A stretch of 64,000 nt of DNA, from NCBI GenBank assembly GCA_003208875.1, contig QCUR01000001.1, positions 256,001-320,000 of the forward strand, given 5' to 3'. The notes under the pieces were generated by a model that did not search any database, was not told the DNA's origin, and worked only from the letters and a program-made list of their open reading frames with translations. This document shows, in pieces, positions 20,815 to 32,822 of the stretch. Position numbers and translations under genes: made by a program. The DNA comes from Prochlorococcus sp. AG-679-M23 (lineage in GTDB: Bacteria > Cyanobacteriota > Cyanobacteriia > PCC-6307 > Cyanobiaceae). Position 1 is the stretch's first letter. Each line of letters opens with the position of its first letter.

Positions 20815-22235
20815 AGTTCCTTAAAAAGTCTTTGCTGAATATTGTGATTAACTAAAGCCCCTGAATAATTATTTTTTTCCAAATCAGATATCTCACCATT
20901 AAGAATATCTGTATTAGAAACCTTAGATAATTCAGGAATCCAGAATTTAATATATTTGCAAATAGGATCAAATTTTTTTGTTTGAGTATAAGGATTAAAA
21001 ATTCTTAAAGGTTTTGGATCCATACCACTACTCGCACTCCATTGCCAGCCTCCATTATTTGCCGCTAAGTCACCATCAACCAATACATTCATAAATTTTT
21101 CTTCACCCATTTGCCAATTGCAAATAAGATCTTTTACTAGAAATGAAGCCACTATCATTCGACACCTATTATGCATCCAACCAGAACTATTAAGTTGTCT
21201 CATTGCTGCATCAATAATAGGAACTCCAGTCTGCCCATCGCTCCATCGAGTAAACCATTCATGATTATTTTGCCAAGGGAAAAGGTCCCATTTTTTTCTA
21301 TAGGGCCCTTTCTCTAATTCTGGAAAATTAAATAAGCAATGTTGATAGAATTCTCTCCAAACTAATTCTTTCTGCCAAGTTTCTATTGATAGTCGATTGT
21401 GTTTATTTATATTTATTAAGTAAGAAGATAATGTTGCATCCCAGACTTTTCGTATACTTATAGTCCCAAATCTCAATGAAGCGCTAAGGAAAGATGTTCC
21501 ATTTTGAGATGGAAAGTCTCTTGAAGATTCGTAAGATCCAATTTTATCTTGGTAAATAAATTGATCTAATAATTTTTCTGCAGCGAGCTCTCCTGGTTTG
21601 CAAGGACATAATTCAACTCCAGCAAAATTTATATTTTTATGAAATCGATCTAATATTAATCTTGATATATCAATTTTCTTTTTTTCTTTAATCCCTATCT
21701 CTAAATCTTTTAGATCACCAATATTATTAAAATTTTTTTTCACATTTACAAAATTAATTTTCGACTTTAAATTCTTGTAAAAAGGACCATAAACTGAATA
21801 TGGTTTGTTAACTCCAGTGAAAATTTGAGAAGGCTCTATTAATAGATGATCCCATAGTTCTATAAACTCAATATTAAATTTTTTTAAATTATCTTTTATT
21901 TTTAAATCCCGATTAATTTCATAAGGTTCTATCGCTTTATTCCAAACAACAAACTTAGCATCAATTAATTTAGCTAATTTAGGTATCAGAATTAAGGGAT
22001 CACCCTCATCTATAATCAATCGACTTCCAAGATTTTTCCAGTTTTTACTTAATTCTTCGAGTGAATTCCCAAGAAACCATGCTCTGGATTTCGCATTGAA
22101 GTCGTAAGAATAATTTTGATCTAAAATATAGGTTGAAGTAATAGCATTTGATAAAGAAAATGCTTTTTTCAAAGCATTATTATCATTTATTCGAAGATCT
22201 TTTCGATGCCAAAAAAGTATTCTGGGGTTATTCAT
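20799..22235 (-). CDS. phrB: CPD DNA photolyase
   Basis: WHRKDLRINDN, TSFLS, ELVWREFY, GWMHNRCRM, NNGGWQW and RIFNP. Confidence 0.93.
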   Translation of the reverse strand: MNNPRILFWHRKDLRINDNNALKKAFSLSNAITSTYILDQNYSYDFNAKSRAWFLGNSLEELSKNWKNLGSRLIIDEGDPLILIPKLAKLIDAKFVVWNKAIEPYEINRDLKIKDNLKKFNIEFIELWDHLLIEPSQIFTGVNKPYSVYGPFYKNLKSKINFVNVKKNFNNIGDLKDLEIGIKEKKKIDISRLILDRFHKNINFAGVELCPCKPGELAAEKLLDQFIYQDKIGSYESSRDFPSQNGTSFLSASLRFGTISIRKVWDATLSSYLININKHNRLSIETWQKELVWREFYQHCLFNFPELEKGPYRKKWDLFPWQNNHEWFTRWSDGQTGVPIIDAAMRQLNSSGWMHNRCRMIVASFLVKDLICNWQMGEEKFMNVLVDGDLAANNGGWQWSASSGMDPKPLRIFNPYTQTKKFDPICKYIKFWIPELSKVSNTDILNGEISDLEKNNYSGALVNHNIQQRLFKELYAQI

Positions 22236-22795
22236 TTAATTCCCAAAAATTGCTTTGCCCTAAACCAAGCGGTTACGGTTTTTGCATCCAGAATTTCATT
22301 ACCACTACAAATCAAATTATCCAAACTTTCAGGTTCCATAAGTAAAACTTCTATATCTTCATCTATATCTCCTTTTACTTGATTGTTTAATTTGCTTAAA
22401 TCGCGTGCAAGAAATAAATGAATTACTTCATCTGAATATCCAGGAGCATTAACGAGAGCACCTAGTTCATCCCACTTTTCTGCTTTATATCCAGCCTCTT
22501 CCTGAATTTCTCTTTTGATTGAGGTTATTGGGGTCTCTCCTATTTCTAAAGTACCTGCTGGAAACTCAAGTAAATATCTTGATACAGCAAATCTATATTG
22601 GCGAAGAAGTATAACTTTATTTTCCTTTGTTATGGGTACAGCTAATGCAGCGTTTGGGAATATTATTTGTCCGTATTCATCTTCATGTCCATTGGGTAGT
22701 TCAATTCTATTTATTTCAAAACTAAATTTTTTTGTTCTTAATTCAGATATTTTTTGTTTAAAAATGGCTTTTTTGAAGTATTTTTTATCTTCCAT
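22232..22795 (-). CDS. NUDIX hydrolase (ADP-ribose pyrophosphatase-like)
   Basis: QYR and Nudix box EFPAGTLEIGETPITSIKREIQEEAG. Confidence 0.92.
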   Translation of the reverse strand: MEDKKYFKKAIFKQKISELRTKKFSFEINRIELPNGHEDEYGQIIFPNAALAVPITKENKVILLRQYRFAVSRYLLEFPAGTLEIGETPITSIKREIQEEAGYKAEKWDELGALVNAPGYSDEVIHLFLARDLSKLNNQVKGDIDEDIEVLLMEPESLDNLICSGNEILDAKTVTAWFRAKQFLGIK

Positions 22796-22840
22796 AATTT
22801 AAATAAAAATACCCTAACAATTATTTTAGAATTTTGTAAA

Positions 22841-23407
22841 TTAATAAATAAGCCATCTTGGTTCTTCTATTTTTTTTACTGTTTGTGTTCTGCTTAGGAC
22901 CTCAGACAAAGGAGATATTACAAAATTACGATTCATAAATCTTGGGTGTGGCAATATTAATTCTTCATCCTTGAAGCAAAAATCTTCCCACCATAAAATA
23001 TCTAAATCTAAACATCTAGATAGCCATTTCATATTATTGGGTGTCTTTTTTCTCCCAAAATTTCTTTCCATATTTTTCAATTCTCTTAGGAGTAATTTTG
23101 CGTTGTTTGTTGTTAGGTTTGGAAAAAAATTACTTTTTACTATAAGAAGAGTATTTAAATAATTTGGTTGATCATCCTTAACTCCATGAGGACTTGTTTC
23201 ATATATTGAGGACCAATAAAAAATTGCTTTTGATGATTCAATTTCATTCTCAAAAGATTTAGATTGATTTATCCAATTCTTGATAAGGTTCTCTATTTTG
23301 GGTTTGCAAATTATTAATGATTCGATAGGTTTACCATAATTACTATCAATATTTGCTCCTACAGATATACATAGTCCATTTTTGATATTAAGATTTGATA
23401 ATTCCAC
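22841..23407 (-). CDS. folK: 2-amino-4-hydroxy-6-hydroxymethyldihydropteridine diphosphokinase
   Basis: [23 protein letters not shown] and LPHPR. Confidence 0.9.
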   Translation of the reverse strand: MELSNLNIKNGLCISVGANIDSNYGKPIESLIICKPKIENLIKNWINQSKSFENEIESSKAIFYWSSIYETSPHGVKDDQPNYLNTLLIVKSNFFPNLTTNNAKLLLRELKNMERNFGRKKTPNNMKWLSRCLDLDILWWEDFCFKDEELILPHPRFMNRNFVISPLSEVLSRTQTVKKIEEPRWLIY

Positions 23408-23455
23408 TACAAAAAACTAAGTTATTGGATAAATTCTATATCAGGGATTTTTAAA

Positions 23456-25612
23456 GTGATTTTGGAACAAAAGTTAAAAGGGAAAGAAGACATAAAGGAT
23501 TTAATGCAAAAGAGGGATTCGTTTAGAGCATTCCCATTAGCTGCAATTACAGGTCACAGCTTATTAAAATTATCTTTACTTTTAGCAGCTGTCGATCCTA
23601 GCTTAGGAGGAGTAATCATTGCAGGTGGTAGAGGTACTGGTAAGTCGGTATTGGCAAGAGGTTTGCATTCCTTAATCCCACCGATTGAAATAATAGATAA
23701 TGAATTAATACTCGAGAAATTAACTGATAATAAGATTTCTTTCAGACCTATAAGTAGAAATTTAGATCCAACTAAACCTGAGGAATGGGATAAAAATATT
23801 AAACAATTAATAGCGAAAATTATCGGTATTGATTACCTTAGTCAAATTGAAAGTATTCCAAGCAAGGTTGTACAGGCTCCATTTATTCAAGTTCCAATTG
23901 GAATTACGGAAGACAGACTCGTTGGATCTATAGATGTTTCTGCTTCATTGAATACAGGCGAGCAAGTTTTTCAGCCCGGAGTTTTAGCAGAGGCTCATAG
24001 GGGTGTTTTGTATGTTGATGATATTAATTTATTGGATGACGGGATTGTAAATTTAATTCTTGAAGCTACTGGTAGAGAACAAAATAATATTGAAAGAGAT
24101 GGATTAAGTCTTTCTCATCCTTGCAGATCACTTTTGATTGCAACTTATAATCCTGAAGAAGGGGCTTTAAGAGATCATGTATTAGATAGATTTGCAATTG
24201 TTCTTTCTGCGGATCAATCGATAGATAATAACCAAAGAGTTGAAATAACAAAATCTGTATTGTCTCATGCTGAAAACAATATCAAGTTTTCAGAAAAATG
24301 GTCTGAAGAATCTGATAATTTGTCCACCCAGTTAATTTTGGCTAGGCAATGGTTAAAGGATGTAAAAATTACTAAAGAACAAATAACTTATTTAGTAAAT
24401 GAAGCCCTTAGAGGTGGAGTCGAAGGACATAGATCTGAGTTGTTTGCAGTAAAAGTTGCCAAAGCAAATGCAGCCCTTAGAGGTGATGAGAATGTTAATT
24501 CTGATGATTTAAAGGTTGCAGTAAGGTTAGTAATTCTTCCAAGAGCTACGCAAATACCACCTCAGGATGATGATATTCAACCACCACCTCCTGAGGATCA
24601 AAGCCCACCCCCACCTCAGTCAAATAATGAAGATTCTGAACCTGAATCTAACGAAAATGAGGATAATCAAGAAGAAGAACAAGATAATTCTGATGGGGAA
24701 GAAGATTCTACTCCTGATATTCCAGAAGAATTTATTCTTGATCCTGAATCATGCATGGTAGATCCTGATTTATTGCTTTTTTCATCAGCAAAATCTAAAG
24801 CAGGAAATACTGGAAGTAGATCAGTAATTTTAAGTCAAAGCAGAGGTAGATATGTCAGACCTTTAATTCCAAGAGGTAAAGTAAAGAGAATTGCTGTTGA
24901 TGCAACTCTAAGAGCAGCTGCTCCATATCAGAAATCTAGAAGATTAAAGAATCCTAATAAAACTATAATTATTGAAGAAAATGACTTTAGGGCAAAGCTA
25001 CTTCAAAAAAAGGCAGGAGCTTTGGTTATTTTTTTAGTTGATGCTAGTGGTTCTATGGCACTTAATAGAATGCAAAGTGCTAAAGGTGCTGTCATAAGAC
25101 TTTTGACTGAGGCTTATGAAAATAGAGATGAAGTAGCTCTCATACCATTTAGAGGCAATCAAGCAGAGGTTCTTTTGCCGCCAACAAGATCTATTACTGC
25201 AGCAAAAAGAAGGTTAGAGACTATGCCATGTGGAGGTGGGTCTCCTTTGGCTCATGGGTTAACTCAATCAGCAAAAGTAGCAAAAAATGCTCTTTCTACA
25301 GGAGATATAGGTCAGGTCATTGTTGTTGGAATAACTGATGGGAGGGGAAATGTCCCTTTAGGTACATCATTAGGTCAAGCAGAAGTTAATGAAAACGATA
25401 ACGTGGATTTGAAACAAGAAGTATTAGATATTGCCGCTAAATACCCCATGTTAGGAATAAAGTTATTAATTATTGATACAGAAAGGAAATTTATAGCTAG
25501 TGGTTTTGGAAAAGAACTTGCAGAAGCTGCACAAGGGAAATATGTTCAATTGCCTAAAGCTACTGATAAGACAATTGCCGCCATGGCCTTAAATGCAATT
25601 AATGAATTTTAA
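23456..25612 (+). CDS. chlD: Magnesium chelatase subunit D
   Basis: AAA module ([16 protein letters not shown]), Pro/acidic linker, and vWA DASGSM. Confidence 0.96.
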   Translation: MILEQKLKGKEDIKDLMQKRDSFRAFPLAAITGHSLLKLSLLLAAVDPSLGGVIIAGGRGTGKSVLARGLHSLIPPIEIIDNELILEKLTDNKISFRPISRNLDPTKPEEWDKNIKQLIAKIIGIDYLSQIESIPSKVVQAPFIQVPIGITEDRLVGSIDVSASLNTGEQVFQPGVLAEAHRGVLYVDDINLLDDGIVNLILEATGREQNNIERDGLSLSHPCRSLLIATYNPEEGALRDHVLDRFAIVLSADQSIDNNQRVEITKSVLSHAENNIKFSEKWSEESDNLSTQLILARQWLKDVKITKEQITYLVNEALRGGVEGHRSELFAVKVAKANAALRGDENVNSDDLKVAVRLVILPRATQIPPQDDDIQPPPPEDQSPPPPQSNNEDSEPESNENEDNQEEEQDNSDGEEDSTPDIPEEFILDPESCMVDPDLLLFSSAKSKAGNTGSRSVILSQSRGRYVRPLIPRGKVKRIAVDATLRAAAPYQKSRRLKNPNKTIIIEENDFRAKLLQKKAGALVIFLVDASGSMALNRMQSAKGAVIRLLTEAYENRDEVALIPFRGNQAEVLLPPTRSITAAKRRLETMPCGGGSPLAHGLTQSAKVAKNALSTGDIGQVIVVGITDGRGNVPLGTSLGQAEVNENDNVDLKQEVLDIAAKYPMLGIKLLIIDTERKFIASGFGKELAEAAQGKYVQLPKATDKTIAAMALNAINEF

Positions 25613-25617
25613 ATTTT

Positions 25618-26463
25618 TTATGGGTAAATCTCATTAAGGAATTTTGATAGCCCAATTGTTAAATCTCTAATAGATTTAGTTAATTCTTTATCTTTCATTA
25701 ATTGTACAAAATCATCACTCATAGTATCAAATTTGCCTGATATTGATTCGGCCGCTTCGATTGTTAATTTAATATCTTTAAGAGTTTCTTCGTCATTAAT
25801 AGTAGACAAAATATTGTTTAAATGACCTGCTGCAATGGTTACCTCTTCTATGAGAGGTTTAACTCTAATTATTTCTTGCTTTGATAAATAAATTAGTTCA
25901 TCAAGATTTTCTTGCGTTTTATCAAATTGGTCTATTGAATTAACTACATTTTCAATTAAATTTTCTTGATTTGATTCTTTAAGTAGTTGATTTATCCTGT
26001 TAGTGATATTTGAAAGGCTCGATAGTTGCTTTCCAGTAATAGTGTCTCCTTGGCAAATAATTAATTTACTATCACATTTGTCTGATATGGCTTTTGGAGT
26101 ATTCTTTGGAATTGTTTTTTCACTAGTTTCTAATGCAACTTGAACATCTCCCCCTAAAAATGAATTCGTAACAACTCGTGCGAATGCAGGTTTGGGAAGA
26201 ATAATGTCTAGATTATTTAAAACAATTTTTGCTTTGATTGATTCATTAGTAAAAAGAATATCCTCAATTGAACCTACTAAGATCCCTCTGTAAGTTACTG
26301 GAGATTTTTTTGATAGACCACTTGCGTTGTTAAATTCTGCAAAAAGATACCAATTTTTCGAAGATAGCTTTACACCTCTTAACCAGAATGAAAAAAATGT
26401 AAATACTAATAAACCTCCTAACAAGGAAAATCCTACTATCGAATCTCTTAAGCTTCTACGCAT
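25618..26463 (-). CDS. MlaD/MCE family lipid transport protein (Ycf22/TGD2-like)
   Basis: N-terminal TM segment, ASGL..SPVTYRGILVG MCE motif and a helical C-terminus. Confidence 0.88.
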   Translation of the reverse strand: MRRSLRDSIVGFSLLGGLLVFTFFSFWLRGVKLSSKNWYLFAEFNNASGLSKKSPVTYRGILVGSIEDILFTNESIKAKIVLNNLDIILPKPAFARVVTNSFLGGDVQVALETSEKTIPKNTPKAISDKCDSKLIICQGDTITGKQLSSLSNITNRINQLLKESNQENLIENVVNSIDQFDKTQENLDELIYLSKQEIIRVKPLIEEVTIAAGHLNNILSTINDEETLKDIKLTIEAAESISGKFDTMSDDFVQLMKDKELTKSIRDLTIGLSKFLNEIYP

Positions 26464-26468
26464 GGTTT

Positions 26469-27287
26469 TTAAATGTCTTTTGGTTGCATTGGTCCTGCAA
26501 GGTTCCCATTTCTAAATTGAAAAACATAAGGATCATTACTCTTTTTAAATTCATCAATTGAACCAGCCCATCTGAATTTACCTCCATATAGCATAACAAC
26601 TTTTTCTGAAGTCCTTTCTATAGTACTAAGAACATGACTCACAACAATAGATGATCCATTGGCTTTATTATTTGTATTATTTATCAAGTCTTCAATTCTT
26701 GAAGAAGCAATAGGGTCAAGACCAGCAGTAGGTTCATCAAAAAGTAATAATGGTTGACTTTTTTTATCTAAATCTTGATCTGTAATCAATGCTCTTGCAA
26801 AACTTACTCTTTTTTGCATACCGCCACTTAATTCATTTGGTAGCTTTTTCTCAACATTAAATAATCCTACTTCTTCCAAACATTCTCTTACAATTTCTTT
26901 AATAAATTTCTTGGATAAATTTTTATTCTTTTGAAGTAGGAAGCCTACATTTTCTTCGATAGTTAAAGATCCTAATAAAGCAGGATTCTGAAAAACTAAT
27001 CTTACATCTGGAGGGTTAGTTTGATCTAATCTTAAGTAAGTTTGTTTATGTCCAAATATACTTAATTCACCCGCAGTGGGTAAAAGCAAACCTGCCAAGA
27101 TTTTTAATATAGTTGATTTCCCTGAGCCTGAAGGGCCAACAATAGCTAATTTTTCTCCCTCATAAAGTTTTAAATTGATTTTATTTAGTACATTCAGTTC
27201 TCCCCAACTAATTGAGAGATTAGTGGTTTCTACGACATTCTTTGTTTTTTTCAAAATGTATATAGAGCAATTTGTCTTTAAATACAT
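26469..27287 (-). CDS. ABC transporter ATP-binding protein (MlaF/TGD3-like)
   Basis: GPSGSGKS, ELSGGMQKRVSFARA and DEPTAGLDP, adjacent to the MlaD gene. The true start may be slightly downstream. Confidence 0.9.
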   Translation of the reverse strand: MYLKTNCSIYILKKTKNVVETTNLSISWGELNVLNKINLKLYEGEKLAIVGPSGSGKSTILKILAGLLLPTAGELSIFGHKQTYLRLDQTNPPDVRLVFQNPALLGSLTIEENVGFLLQKNKNLSKKFIKEIVRECLEEVGLFNVEKKLPNELSGGMQKRVSFARALITDQDLDKKSQPLLLFDEPTAGLDPIASSRIEDLINNTNNKANGSSIVVSHVLSTIERTSEKVVMLYGGKFRWAGSIDEFKKSNDPYVFQFRNGNLAGPMQPKDI

Positions 27288-27376
27288 ATTGCCTACTTTT
27301 TAAAAATAAAAAAGGATGTATGTATTTGATTTATAATTAATTTATATATTTAGATTTTAAGAAATTTAAGAGGATT

Positions 27377-28765
27377 TTGATGCAGAAGAAGAAAAAAAGA
27401 ATAAAGAGAACTTTATCTTATTTCAAAAAGTCAAATTTGGGTTTGATAAATAAAATTATAAGAATTCTTAGTTGGTTATTGCCAGGGTTAGTAATCAAAA
27501 GATGGATGATAACTTCTGCTATTGGATTATTAACTTCTTTATTAGGGATTGCAATCTGGACTAATTTAAGACCTCTTTATTGGTTAATAGAAGTCTTTTT
27601 CTCGATAATGAACGTAATAACAAAAATTTTGCCTATTTCAGTTTTGGGACCATTAATACTTTTGTTTGGGCTTCTCTTGATTGGTATTGGGCAAAACAGA
27701 AGTATTAATTCTATACAAAAAGCTCTTGTTCCAGAAAAAAATACATTTTTAGTAGATGCACTAAGAGTTAAAAGTAAATTAAATAGAGGCCCAAATATTG
27801 TTGCTATTGGAGGAGGAACAGGCTTGTCAACATTATTGAAAGGCCTAAAAAACTACAGCAGTAATATAACTGCAATAGTTACAGTTTCAGATGATGGAGG
27901 TAGTAGCGGAGTTTTAAGAAAACAATTAGGAGTTCAACCACCTGGAGATATCAGAAATTGTTTGGCAGCCTTATCAAATGAAGAACCAATATTAACAAGA
28001 TTATTTCAATACAGATTTTCTGGAGGTAGTGGATTAGAGGGACATAGTTTTGGCAATTTATTCTTATCTGCTTTAACAACAATTACGGGGAGTTTAGAAA
28101 AGGCGGTTCAGGCTTCCAGTAAAGTTTTGGCAGTACAAGGACAAGTATTGCCAGCAACAAATACAGATGTAATGCTTTGGGCAGAACTTGAAGACGGTGA
28201 GAAAATATTTGGTGAAAGTAAAATAAGTCAATCAAAAAAGGTGATTTCCAGGATTGGTTATCTGCCCGAAAATCCATCGGCTCTTCCTAGTGCTCTTGAA
28301 TCTATTAAAGAAGCAGACCTAATAATACTTGGTCCAGGAAGTCTTTATACTTCTTTGCTACCTAATTTACTAGTCCCTGAAATTGTAGATGCTCTTCTGA
28401 AAAGTAATGCTCCCAAAATCTACATAAGTAATTTGATGACTCAACCAGGGGAAACGGATAATCTTGACGTATATCAACACATCAAAGCAATAGAAAAGCA
28501 ATTATCAAATTTTGGTGTAAAAAATCGAATATTTAATGCAATACTTTCTCAAATTCAATTTGAAAAGTCACCGCTTGTTGATTATTACCAAAGTAGAGGT
28601 GCCATGCCAGTGATTTGTAATAAAGAAGAATTAATTGCAGAAGGATATTACGTCTTGCAAGCTCCCCTTTATTCAAGAAAGATAACTCCAACACTTAGGC
28701 ATGACCCCCGAAGACTTGCAAGGGCAGTAATGTTTATTAATAAAAAATTGAAGAAATTAAATTAA
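27377..28765 (+). CDS. YvcK/CofD-like gluconeogenesis factor with N-terminal TM extension
   Basis: GGGTGLS, DDGGSSG, PPGDIRN, GPGSLYTS, MTQPGET and RHDP. Confidence 0.92.
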   Translation: MMQKKKKRIKRTLSYFKKSNLGLINKIIRILSWLLPGLVIKRWMITSAIGLLTSLLGIAIWTNLRPLYWLIEVFFSIMNVITKILPISVLGPLILLFGLLLIGIGQNRSINSIQKALVPEKNTFLVDALRVKSKLNRGPNIVAIGGGTGLSTLLKGLKNYSSNITAIVTVSDDGGSSGVLRKQLGVQPPGDIRNCLAALSNEEPILTRLFQYRFSGGSGLEGHSFGNLFLSALTTITGSLEKAVQASSKVLAVQGQVLPATNTDVMLWAELEDGEKIFGESKISQSKKVISRIGYLPENPSALPSALESIKEADLIILGPGSLYTSLLPNLLVPEIVDALLKSNAPKIYISNLMTQPGETDNLDVYQHIKAIEKQLSNFGVKNRIFNAILSQIQFEKSPLVDYYQSRGAMPVICNKEELIAEGYYVLQAPLYSRKITPTLRHDPRRLARAVMFINKKLKKLN

Positions 28766-28774
28766 TAAACTTGT

Positions 28775-29305
28775 CTAATAAGCATCTTGTAATTCGTAGA
28801 AGTCAGGTTGTATATAATCTTTTCTTAATGGCCAGCCTCTCCAGTCTTCTGGCATTAAAAGTCTTGTTGGATTTGGATGATCAGCAAAATTGATTCCAAA
28901 CATGTCATAGGTTTCCCTTTCTTGCCAATCACTACCCTTGAAAATTTTATAGAGGCTAGGTATAGATAAATCTGAGTCTCTATTTAAAAACACTTTTACT
29001 CTAATTTCTTTAATCTCTTTTATATCTTGAATATCTCCAAGTGAGATTAGATGGTAAAAACTTACGAGACATTTGCCTGGCCCTTCATCATAACCTCCTT
29101 GACACTGTAGGTAGTTAAAGCCATACCCTTTTAAAGTAGATATTGCTTCGTACAAATTTTCTGGTTTTACTGAAAGTATCTCAACACCTATATGATCATT
29201 CCCTAAAGATTCGTTTGTAATTCCATCTTCAGAAAGCTGATTACTTATTATTCCATTTTGTTTTACAATTTTTTCTGAAGATTCAGGTGAACTATTATTT
29301 TCCAT
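28775..29305 (-). CDS. ndhJ: NDH-1 subunit J
   Basis: DWQERETYDMFGI and GWPLRKDY. Confidence 0.96.
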   Translation of the reverse strand: MENNSSPESSEKIVKQNGIISNQLSEDGITNESLGNDHIGVEILSVKPENLYEAISTLKGYGFNYLQCQGGYDEGPGKCLVSFYHLISLGDIQDIKEIKEIRVKVFLNRDSDLSIPSLYKIFKGSDWQERETYDMFGINFADHPNPTRLLMPEDWRGWPLRKDYIQPDFYELQDAY

Positions 29306-30039
29306 TATTTTATTTCTTCATCTATAGAATTTGTTTCATATATATTTTCACTACTTTCTTCTATCTGATCAAGATTAGAGGATTCAATTGACTTTTCAGA
29401 TTTTTTATTTAAATACTCACCAGTATTTTCTGAAAAAACAAGATTCATTTCATGACCTACAGTTAGATATCTATGAGTTTGTTCAGCTTTACTCCTCTCA
29501 AGAATACTCTCATTAGCAACTTTTTTTCTTAATTTTATAACAGCATCAAAAATAGCTTCTGGTCTAGGAGGACATCCAGGAAGGTACAAATCAACTGGGA
29601 TTAATTTATCAACTCCTCTAACTGCTGTTGTTGAATCTGCACTAAACATTCCACCAGTTATGGTACAAGCTCCCATGGCAATGACATATTTTGGTTCTGG
29701 CATTTGCTCATATAATCTTACTAATGCTGGTGCCATTTTCATTGTGACTGTTCCAGCAACAATTAGTAAGTCTGCTTGTCTTGGAGAACTTCTAGGTACC
29801 AAGCCAAATCTATCAAAATCAAACCTAGACCCTATAAGTGCGGCAAATTCTATAAAACAGCATGCAGTACCGTATAAAAGTGGCCATAGACTACTTAATC
29901 TAGCCCAGTTATGAAGATCATCTAAACTTGTCATTATAATATTTTCGCTCAAGTCAGTTGTGACTTGTGGCGCACCTAGAGGATTACAAGTTTCTTCTCT
30001 AAGTTCTCTTATTGCTTTTGGTGAAAGTGAATTGTTCAA
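29305..30039 (-). CDS. ndhK: NDH-1 subunit K
   Basis: [18 protein letters not shown] and PGCPPRPE. Confidence 0.97.
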   Translation of the reverse strand: MNNSLSPKAIRELREETCNPLGAPQVTTDLSENIIMTSLDDLHNWARLSSLWPLLYGTACCFIEFAALIGSRFDFDRFGLVPRSSPRQADLLIVAGTVTMKMAPALVRLYEQMPEPKYVIAMGACTITGGMFSADSTTAVRGVDKLIPVDLYLPGCPPRPEAIFDAVIKLRKKVANESILERSKAEQTHRYLTVGHEMNLVFSENTGEYLNKKSEKSIESSNLDQIEESSENIYETNSIDEEIK

Positions 30040-30043
30040 ATTT

Positions 30044-30406
30044 TTAACTCCATTCTAAAGCTCCTTTTCTCCAAGCGTAAGCAAGAGCAACTACTAATAT
30101 TGTAATAAATATTAGAGCCTCAATAAATGCTAGTAAGCCTAGTCGATTGAATGCAACCGCCCAAGGATAAAGAAATACTGTTTCTACATCGAATATAACG
30201 AATACTAATGCAAACATGTAATATCTAATATTGAACTGTATCCAAGCTCCCCCAATAGGCTCCATCCCTGATTCGTAGGTAAGTTTTCTCTCGCCGGTTC
30301 TTCCTTTGGGAGAAACTATTAGGTTAGTAACTAAAGCTAAAATAGGTACTGCCGCTGCAATTATTAAAAAACCTAAAAAATATTCGTAGCCGGGTAATAA
30401 AAACAT
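30044..30406 (-). CDS. ndhC: NDH-1 subunit C (subunit 3)
   Basis: [19 protein letters not shown] and WRKGALEWS. Confidence 0.97.
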   Translation of the reverse strand: MFLLPGYEYFLGFLIIAAAVPILALVTNLIVSPKGRTGERKLTYESGMEPIGGAWIQFNIRYYMFALVFVIFDVETVFLYPWAVAFNRLGLLAFIEALIFITILVVALAYAWRKGALEWS

Positions 30407-30478
30407 TTAAAAAAATTGTTGGAAAATTCGCTTAATTCAGCAAAATCTTTTAGAGTCTCTAAAGTTAGATACTAAATC

Positions 30479-30907
30479 GTGAGTGAAAACATTCAACCAT
30501 CTTCTGAGGAAAACCAAATAGTTGAGGATTTAACAGATAAAGAATCTTCTGAAAAACTTTTAGAAGTTAAAGATAAAGAACTAGTTACTAATTTAGAACA
30601 AAATAGATTCGAATGTAGAAATTGTGGATACATTTATGATCCTATAGAAGGAAACAAGAAACTTAATATACCTAAAAATACTCCTTTCTCGGCAATAGAT
30701 GGAAATACTTTTGCTTGTCCAGTCTGTAGGGCAGGCAAAAATTTATATAAAGATATTGGTCCTAGAGAAAAGCCTAGTGGTTTTGAAGAGAATTTAACTT
30801 ACGGCTTTGGATTCAATAGTTTGCCACCTGGTCAGAAAAATATTTTAATATTTGGTGGTTTAGCATTTGCAGCTGCTTGTTTCCTTTCTTTGTACTCTTT
30901 GCATTAA
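30479..30907 (+). CDS. rubA: Membrane-anchored rubredoxin
   Basis: CRNCGYIYDP...CPVC and a C-terminal TM segment, upstream of ycf48. Confidence 0.93.
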   Translation: MSENIQPSSEENQIVEDLTDKESSEKLLEVKDKELVTNLEQNRFECRNCGYIYDPIEGNKKLNIPKNTPFSAIDGNTFACPVCRAGKNLYKDIGPREKPSGFEENLTYGFGFNSLPPGQKNILIFGGLAFAAACFLSLYSLH

Positions 30908-30916
30908 AATATATCC

Positions 30917-31930
30917 ATGAAAAAATTTTTAACTAGCATTCCAAATCTTCTTTTAACATTTACACTTTGCTTTGTTTTAAGTAGTTGCTCATCAACAGGT
31001 GTAAAAATGAGCGAGAGTAGTCCCTGGGAAACAATTCAGTTTGAAGATCAGTCAAATGTATTAGATATAGATTTCATAGATAATAATCATGGATTTTTAG
31101 TTGGATCAAATAGGCTAATTATGGAATCTAATGATGGAGGTAAATCATGGGAAAAAAGATCGTTAGATATTGCTGCAGAGGAGAATTTCCGTTTACTTGA
31201 TATAGATTTTAGAGGTTCTGAGGGGTGGTTGATAGGACAACCTTCTTTAGTTATGCATACTATTGATGAAGGCAAAAACTGGACTAGGTTATCCCTTGGT
31301 AAGTTACCTGGCCAGCCTTTTTTAGTTTCAACTATTGATGATGGGGTAGCTGAATTGGCAACAACTTCAGCTGCTATTTATGTAACCTCAAATAGTGGTG
31401 AAACATGGGAAGCAAAAGTATCAGACCCTTCAGAGCAGGGGGGCATCAGAGATTTAAGAAGAACATCTAATGGAGATTATGTAAGTGTAAGTAGTCTTGG
31501 TAATTTTTTCTCTACTCTTGAAAATGAAAGTGATACATGGATAGCTCATCAAAGAGCGAGTAGCAAGAGAGTTCAAAGTATAGGATTTAATCCAAACGGT
31601 AATTTATGGATGTTATCTCGAGGAGCTGAAATAAGATTTAATGATGATAGTGATGATTTAGAAAGTTGGACTAAACCAATAGTTCCAATTCTAAATGGCT
31701 ATAATTATTTGGACATGGGTTGGGATCCTGAAGGAAATATCTGGGCTGGCGGCGGTAATGGAACTTTGATTGTTAGTAAAGATGATGGTAAAACATGGGA
31801 TTCTGATCCTGTCGCTTCAAATCTGCCAACTAACTACATCAAGATTCAATTCTTAGAAAAAGATGAATTAGATGCTAAAAAAGGCTTTATTCTGGGAGAA
31901 AGGGGTTATATCCTGAGGTGGAACGGTTAA
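30917..31930 (+). CDS. ycf48: PSII assembly factor Ycf48/HCF136
   Basis: Lipoprotein-like signal (LSSC), BNR repeats SxDGGxSW, and position before psbEFLJ. Confidence 0.95.
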   Translation: MKKFLTSIPNLLLTFTLCFVLSSCSSTGVKMSESSPWETIQFEDQSNVLDIDFIDNNHGFLVGSNRLIMESNDGGKSWEKRSLDIAAEENFRLLDIDFRGSEGWLIGQPSLVMHTIDEGKNWTRLSLGKLPGQPFLVSTIDDGVAELATTSAAIYVTSNSGETWEAKVSDPSEQGGIRDLRRTSNGDYVSVSSLGNFFSTLENESDTWIAHQRASSKRVQSIGFNPNGNLWMLSRGAEIRFNDDSDDLESWTKPIVPILNGYNYLDMGWDPEGNIWAGGGNGTLIVSKDDGKTWDSDPVASNLPTNYIKIQFLEKDELDAKKGFILGERGYILRWNG

Positions 31931-32062
31931 TTTCCATTAAATACAAAAATAAAAAAATCCTTAATTTTGTTGCAATTTAACAACTGTCTGTAACCAAGCT
32001 GTAAATTTCTTCACAAACTTAGGATTTTTCCTTGTAAGATCATAATGTTAATAATTGTGATT

Positions 32063-32311
32063 ATGGCCGCAGGTTCAACGGGTGAACGCCCATTCTTTGA
32101 AATAATCACCAGTATCAGATACTGGATTATTCATGCAGTAACACTCCCAGCTATTTTTATAGCGGGCTTTCTATTTGTCTATACAGGTTTAGCCTATGAT
32201 GCTTTTGGAACTCCACGTCCGGATAGTTATTTCCAGGCCTCTGAATCAAAAGCACCTGTTGTAACGCAAAGATATGATGCTAAATCTCAATTAGATTTAA
32301 GAACAAAATAA
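32063..32311 (+). CDS. psbE: Cytochrome b559 alpha subunit
   Basis: [11 protein letters not shown]...RYWIIH...[12 protein letters not shown]. Confidence 0.97.
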   Translation: MAAGSTGERPFFEIITSIRYWIIHAVTLPAIFIAGFLFVYTGLAYDAFGTPRPDSYFQASESKAPVVTQRYDAKSQLDLRTK

Positions 32312-32313
32312 TT

Positions 32314-32457
32314 ATGTCAAATTCTCAAGCTCCAATGCAGGCTGTTGAAGTCCGCGTTTATCCGATCTTTACTATTCGTTGGCTCGCAGTTCATGCGTTG
32401 GCGATTCCTTCAGTCTTCTTCTTAGGTGCTATAGCAGCTATGCAATTTTTAAGATAA
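32314..32457 (+). CDS. psbF: Cytochrome b559 beta subunit
   Basis: Hand-translated: [47 protein letters not shown]. Confidence 0.97.
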   Translation: MSNSQAPMQAVEVRVYPIFTIRWLAVHALAIPSVFFLGAIAAMQFLR

Positions 32458-32468
32458 ATTTATTAATT

Positions 32469-32588
32469 ATGCAAGTAAACGAAAATCCGAATAAAGTTCC
32501 AGTAGAACTTAATCGTACAAGCCTTTATTTAGGTTTATTAGCAGTATTTGTTTTAGGAATTTTATTTTCCAGTTACTTTTTCAACTAA
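32469..32588 (+). CDS. psbL: Photosystem II protein L
   Basis: [24 protein letters not shown]...FSSYFFN. Confidence 0.97.
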   Translation: MQVNENPNKVPVELNRTSLYLGLLAVFVLGILFSSYFFN

Positions 32589-32597
32589 ATTAAAATT

Positions 32598-32792
32598 ATG
32601 AGTAAATTAAAAGGCCCTGATGGCAGAATTCCCGATAGATTACCTGATGGTAGACCAGCAGTGGCATGGGAAAGAAGATGGACAGAAGGAACACTTCCTC
32701 TTTGGTTAGTTGCTACGGCAGGAGGAATAGCTGTTATTTTCGTCTTAGGTATATTTTTCTATGGTTCATACCAAGGAGTAGGTGCAGGTTAA
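32598..32792 (+). CDS. psbJ: Photosystem II protein J
   Basis: LPLWLVAT...[12 protein letters not shown], last gene of psbEFLJ. Confidence 0.95.
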   Translation: MSKLKGPDGRIPDRLPDGRPAVAWERRWTEGTLPLWLVATAGGIAVIFVLGIFFYGSYQGVGAG

Positions 32793-32822
32793 GCCCTTTA
32801 TTCCTTTTTAACTATTTAGTAT

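Noticed and set aside
24555..24725. Pro-rich and Asp/Glu-rich low-complexity tract with GAA/GAT repeats
   Set aside because: This is the normal poly-Pro/acidic linker of ChlD, not a repeat element.
32379..32468. N-terminal extension of psbL in the ORF track
   Set aside because: It overlaps psbF in another frame. The canonical PsbL begins at ATG 32469.
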